Below, piece after piece: positions 62,389 through 64,000 of a stretch of 64,000 bases of DNA. Origin of the DNA: Octopus sinensis. Lineage: Eukaryota. Positions within the stretch are counted from its first letter, which is position 1. Each line of letters opens with the position of its first letter. Made by a program: the position numbers and the translations under genes. The stretch is from NCBI RefSeq assembly GCF_006345805.1, contig NW_021832974.1:1-64000 (forward strand), written 5' to 3'. The notes under the pieces are model-generated. The model was not told the origin of the DNA and searched no databases. It was given only the letters and a program-made list of their open reading frames with translations.

Positions 62389-64000
62389 ATGTCTAGTGGA
62401 TCGGGTCAACGAAGACAAGCCTGCAAGAAGAGAATGTCAGTGGCGATAGGAAGTGAGATGTACCCGGAAAGTAATAAGAAATGTAAATGTAGGCGACGTG
62501 GAGCAAGTGGATGGAGTGGGTAGGAAGGTGAAGTGTGTGTGGAGAGTGTAGTCATTCGCGTACAGGTCGTGGAGGAGTGAGGAGATGAGACTGGACATGT
62601 CCAACTACAAGACAGTGCTGCACAACCCGACACTGAGTTACATATTTTTGGGATATGTGCTGAGAAGAGGGAGGGCGAGTGAATTGGTAAATGGTGTGCT
62701 CACTCAGCTATTCGCACTCCTCGTGGACTGTTTCACCCATTTCCAGCCTGCACACTTTCCCTACGGACTGCCCGTGCTGGCCTACCAGATCTACTCACTC
62801 TTCCTCCACGAGCACTCCCCCCTCCACATCCTCCACAGTGAGGGGGTGGCCAGGGCACTCGACGAAGGACACCTCGAAGGCCTGTTCGACACTCCATTCG
62901 AGGACAACCTCCACTCCCTCACTCCCCAGTTGGCCATGTTCTTCCAGGAGGGTAATCACCCACTCACCTCAGATAGTGACACGTGGGACAAGTATCGGGG
63001 CACTGAGTTGACGGATGTCCAGGGACTGTTGGGCAGGTGGTGTGAGGGGGAGGGCGGAGTGGCCGTGGCCATGCACACTCTGTTCATGCTCAAGAAGGTG
63101 GGCAGGGTGGGACAGTCAGTGGGACAGTCCAAGGCCCAGTCACTGCGACCCAAACACCCGAAGTACTCGACCCTGTTGAGGAAGGGGCGGAGGACAAGTC
63201 ACACGATGGTGGAGGTGGAGGTGAGTAAGGCGGTGTACTGCGGAGTGTGTGGGCGACTGATATGGGGGAATGTGCCGCAGGCGTGGGAGTGTTTGAGTGA
63301 GTGTGTGTGTGAGTGTGCAGACTGTGGAGTGTTGGTGGGGCAGAGGTGTGGGGGGCAGAAGTGCAGTTTGGGAGGGCAGTGTGGGAGACGGAAGGGGAGT
63401 GGAGTGCGTGTGGAGAGTGACTCCGACTTGGAGTACCCGGGAGAACTGCCCTCGCTGGAGAGTGTGTTGGGGAGTGAGGAGTACAAGGCACTCAACTCGA
63501 CCTCCCGGAAAGTGGAGAACGTGCTGAACGGTGTGTAGTGTGTATTATGTGGAGAGTTGACTCACACGGAACGGTCTCACGTGCGGACTCTAAAAGTGCT
63601 GCATGTCGTGTTCTACCGTCGACTGCAGGAGTGGGACGACCAAGTGGCTCAGTTCATATTCGCCGGACTGCCCGAACTAGTCCGAGTGCACTGTTGTCTT
63701 GTCCTCTCATTCACAGCCGCCGCCGCCCAGGAATTGAGACGAAGGAATCCAGTGGAGGACACACTCCCCAAACTGGCAGGACTGTCCACTCATCCTTAGT
63801 TCGCCCAGGTTCTCACTCCCAGTCTACAATTTTGTTGCCACCAGAAAGAGGTGCTGAATATGCTGGCCAAACGACTCATTTCCGACCAACACTTTGCGGC
63901 CATAATATCTGTCAGCCTGCTTTCCCACCACTGTTAGGAGGCCGAACAGAGCAGGCTATGTCGGGGACTCAAACTGAAGGATTTGCTGGTGGCCCAAATG
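62389..64000 (+). CDS. RhoGEF2/ARHGEF11-12-like, copy 2 (partial at the window end)
   Basis: Duplicate of 23760-25370, with the frame intact at 63436-63438. Confidence 0.88.

Larger units (their letters stand above)
55484..64000 (+). repeat. Segmental duplication, copy 2 (runs off the window end)
   Basis: Colinear with 16846-25370. Confidence 0.97.

Overview
Eukaryotic (animal) genomic DNA from a very compact genome with 21-29 nt spliceosomal introns (about 50 parsed by eye). A myxozoan or dicyemid source is my inference, not something the sequence shows. GC-rich islands of tightly packed genes alternate with AT-rich transposon debris. Genes: ALDH3, a divergent proteasome beta-like gene, a Meis/Pknox-type TALE homeobox, an NHERF-like PDZ protein, a RhoGEF2/ARHGEF11-12-like gene, a TspO-related membrane protein, MARCH8-like, CDC25, a PTEN/tensin-like gene, GAPVD1, PP2A catalytic-like, a winged-helix-repeat/nucleoside-phosphorylase protein, CFAP410 and PABP-like. 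Mobile elements: hAT, Ginger-like, Tc1/IS630-like, RTE, R4/Dong, CRE and other LINEs. There is one intact U2 snRNA. Region 16846-25370 is repeated at about 99% identity at 55484-64000. The most striking observations are: (1) a PP2A gene missing about 20 short (mostly 5-9 nt) segments while the remaining codons stay conserved, where an assembly artefact is not excluded; (2) a protein with nine tandem winged-helix repeats fused to a PNP domain; (3) a G-rich 5' to C-rich 3' compositional flip inside genes; (4) DNA transposases carrying host-sized mini-introns. Homopolymer frameshifts suggest long-read consensus errors, so frameshift-based pseudogene calls are provisional.
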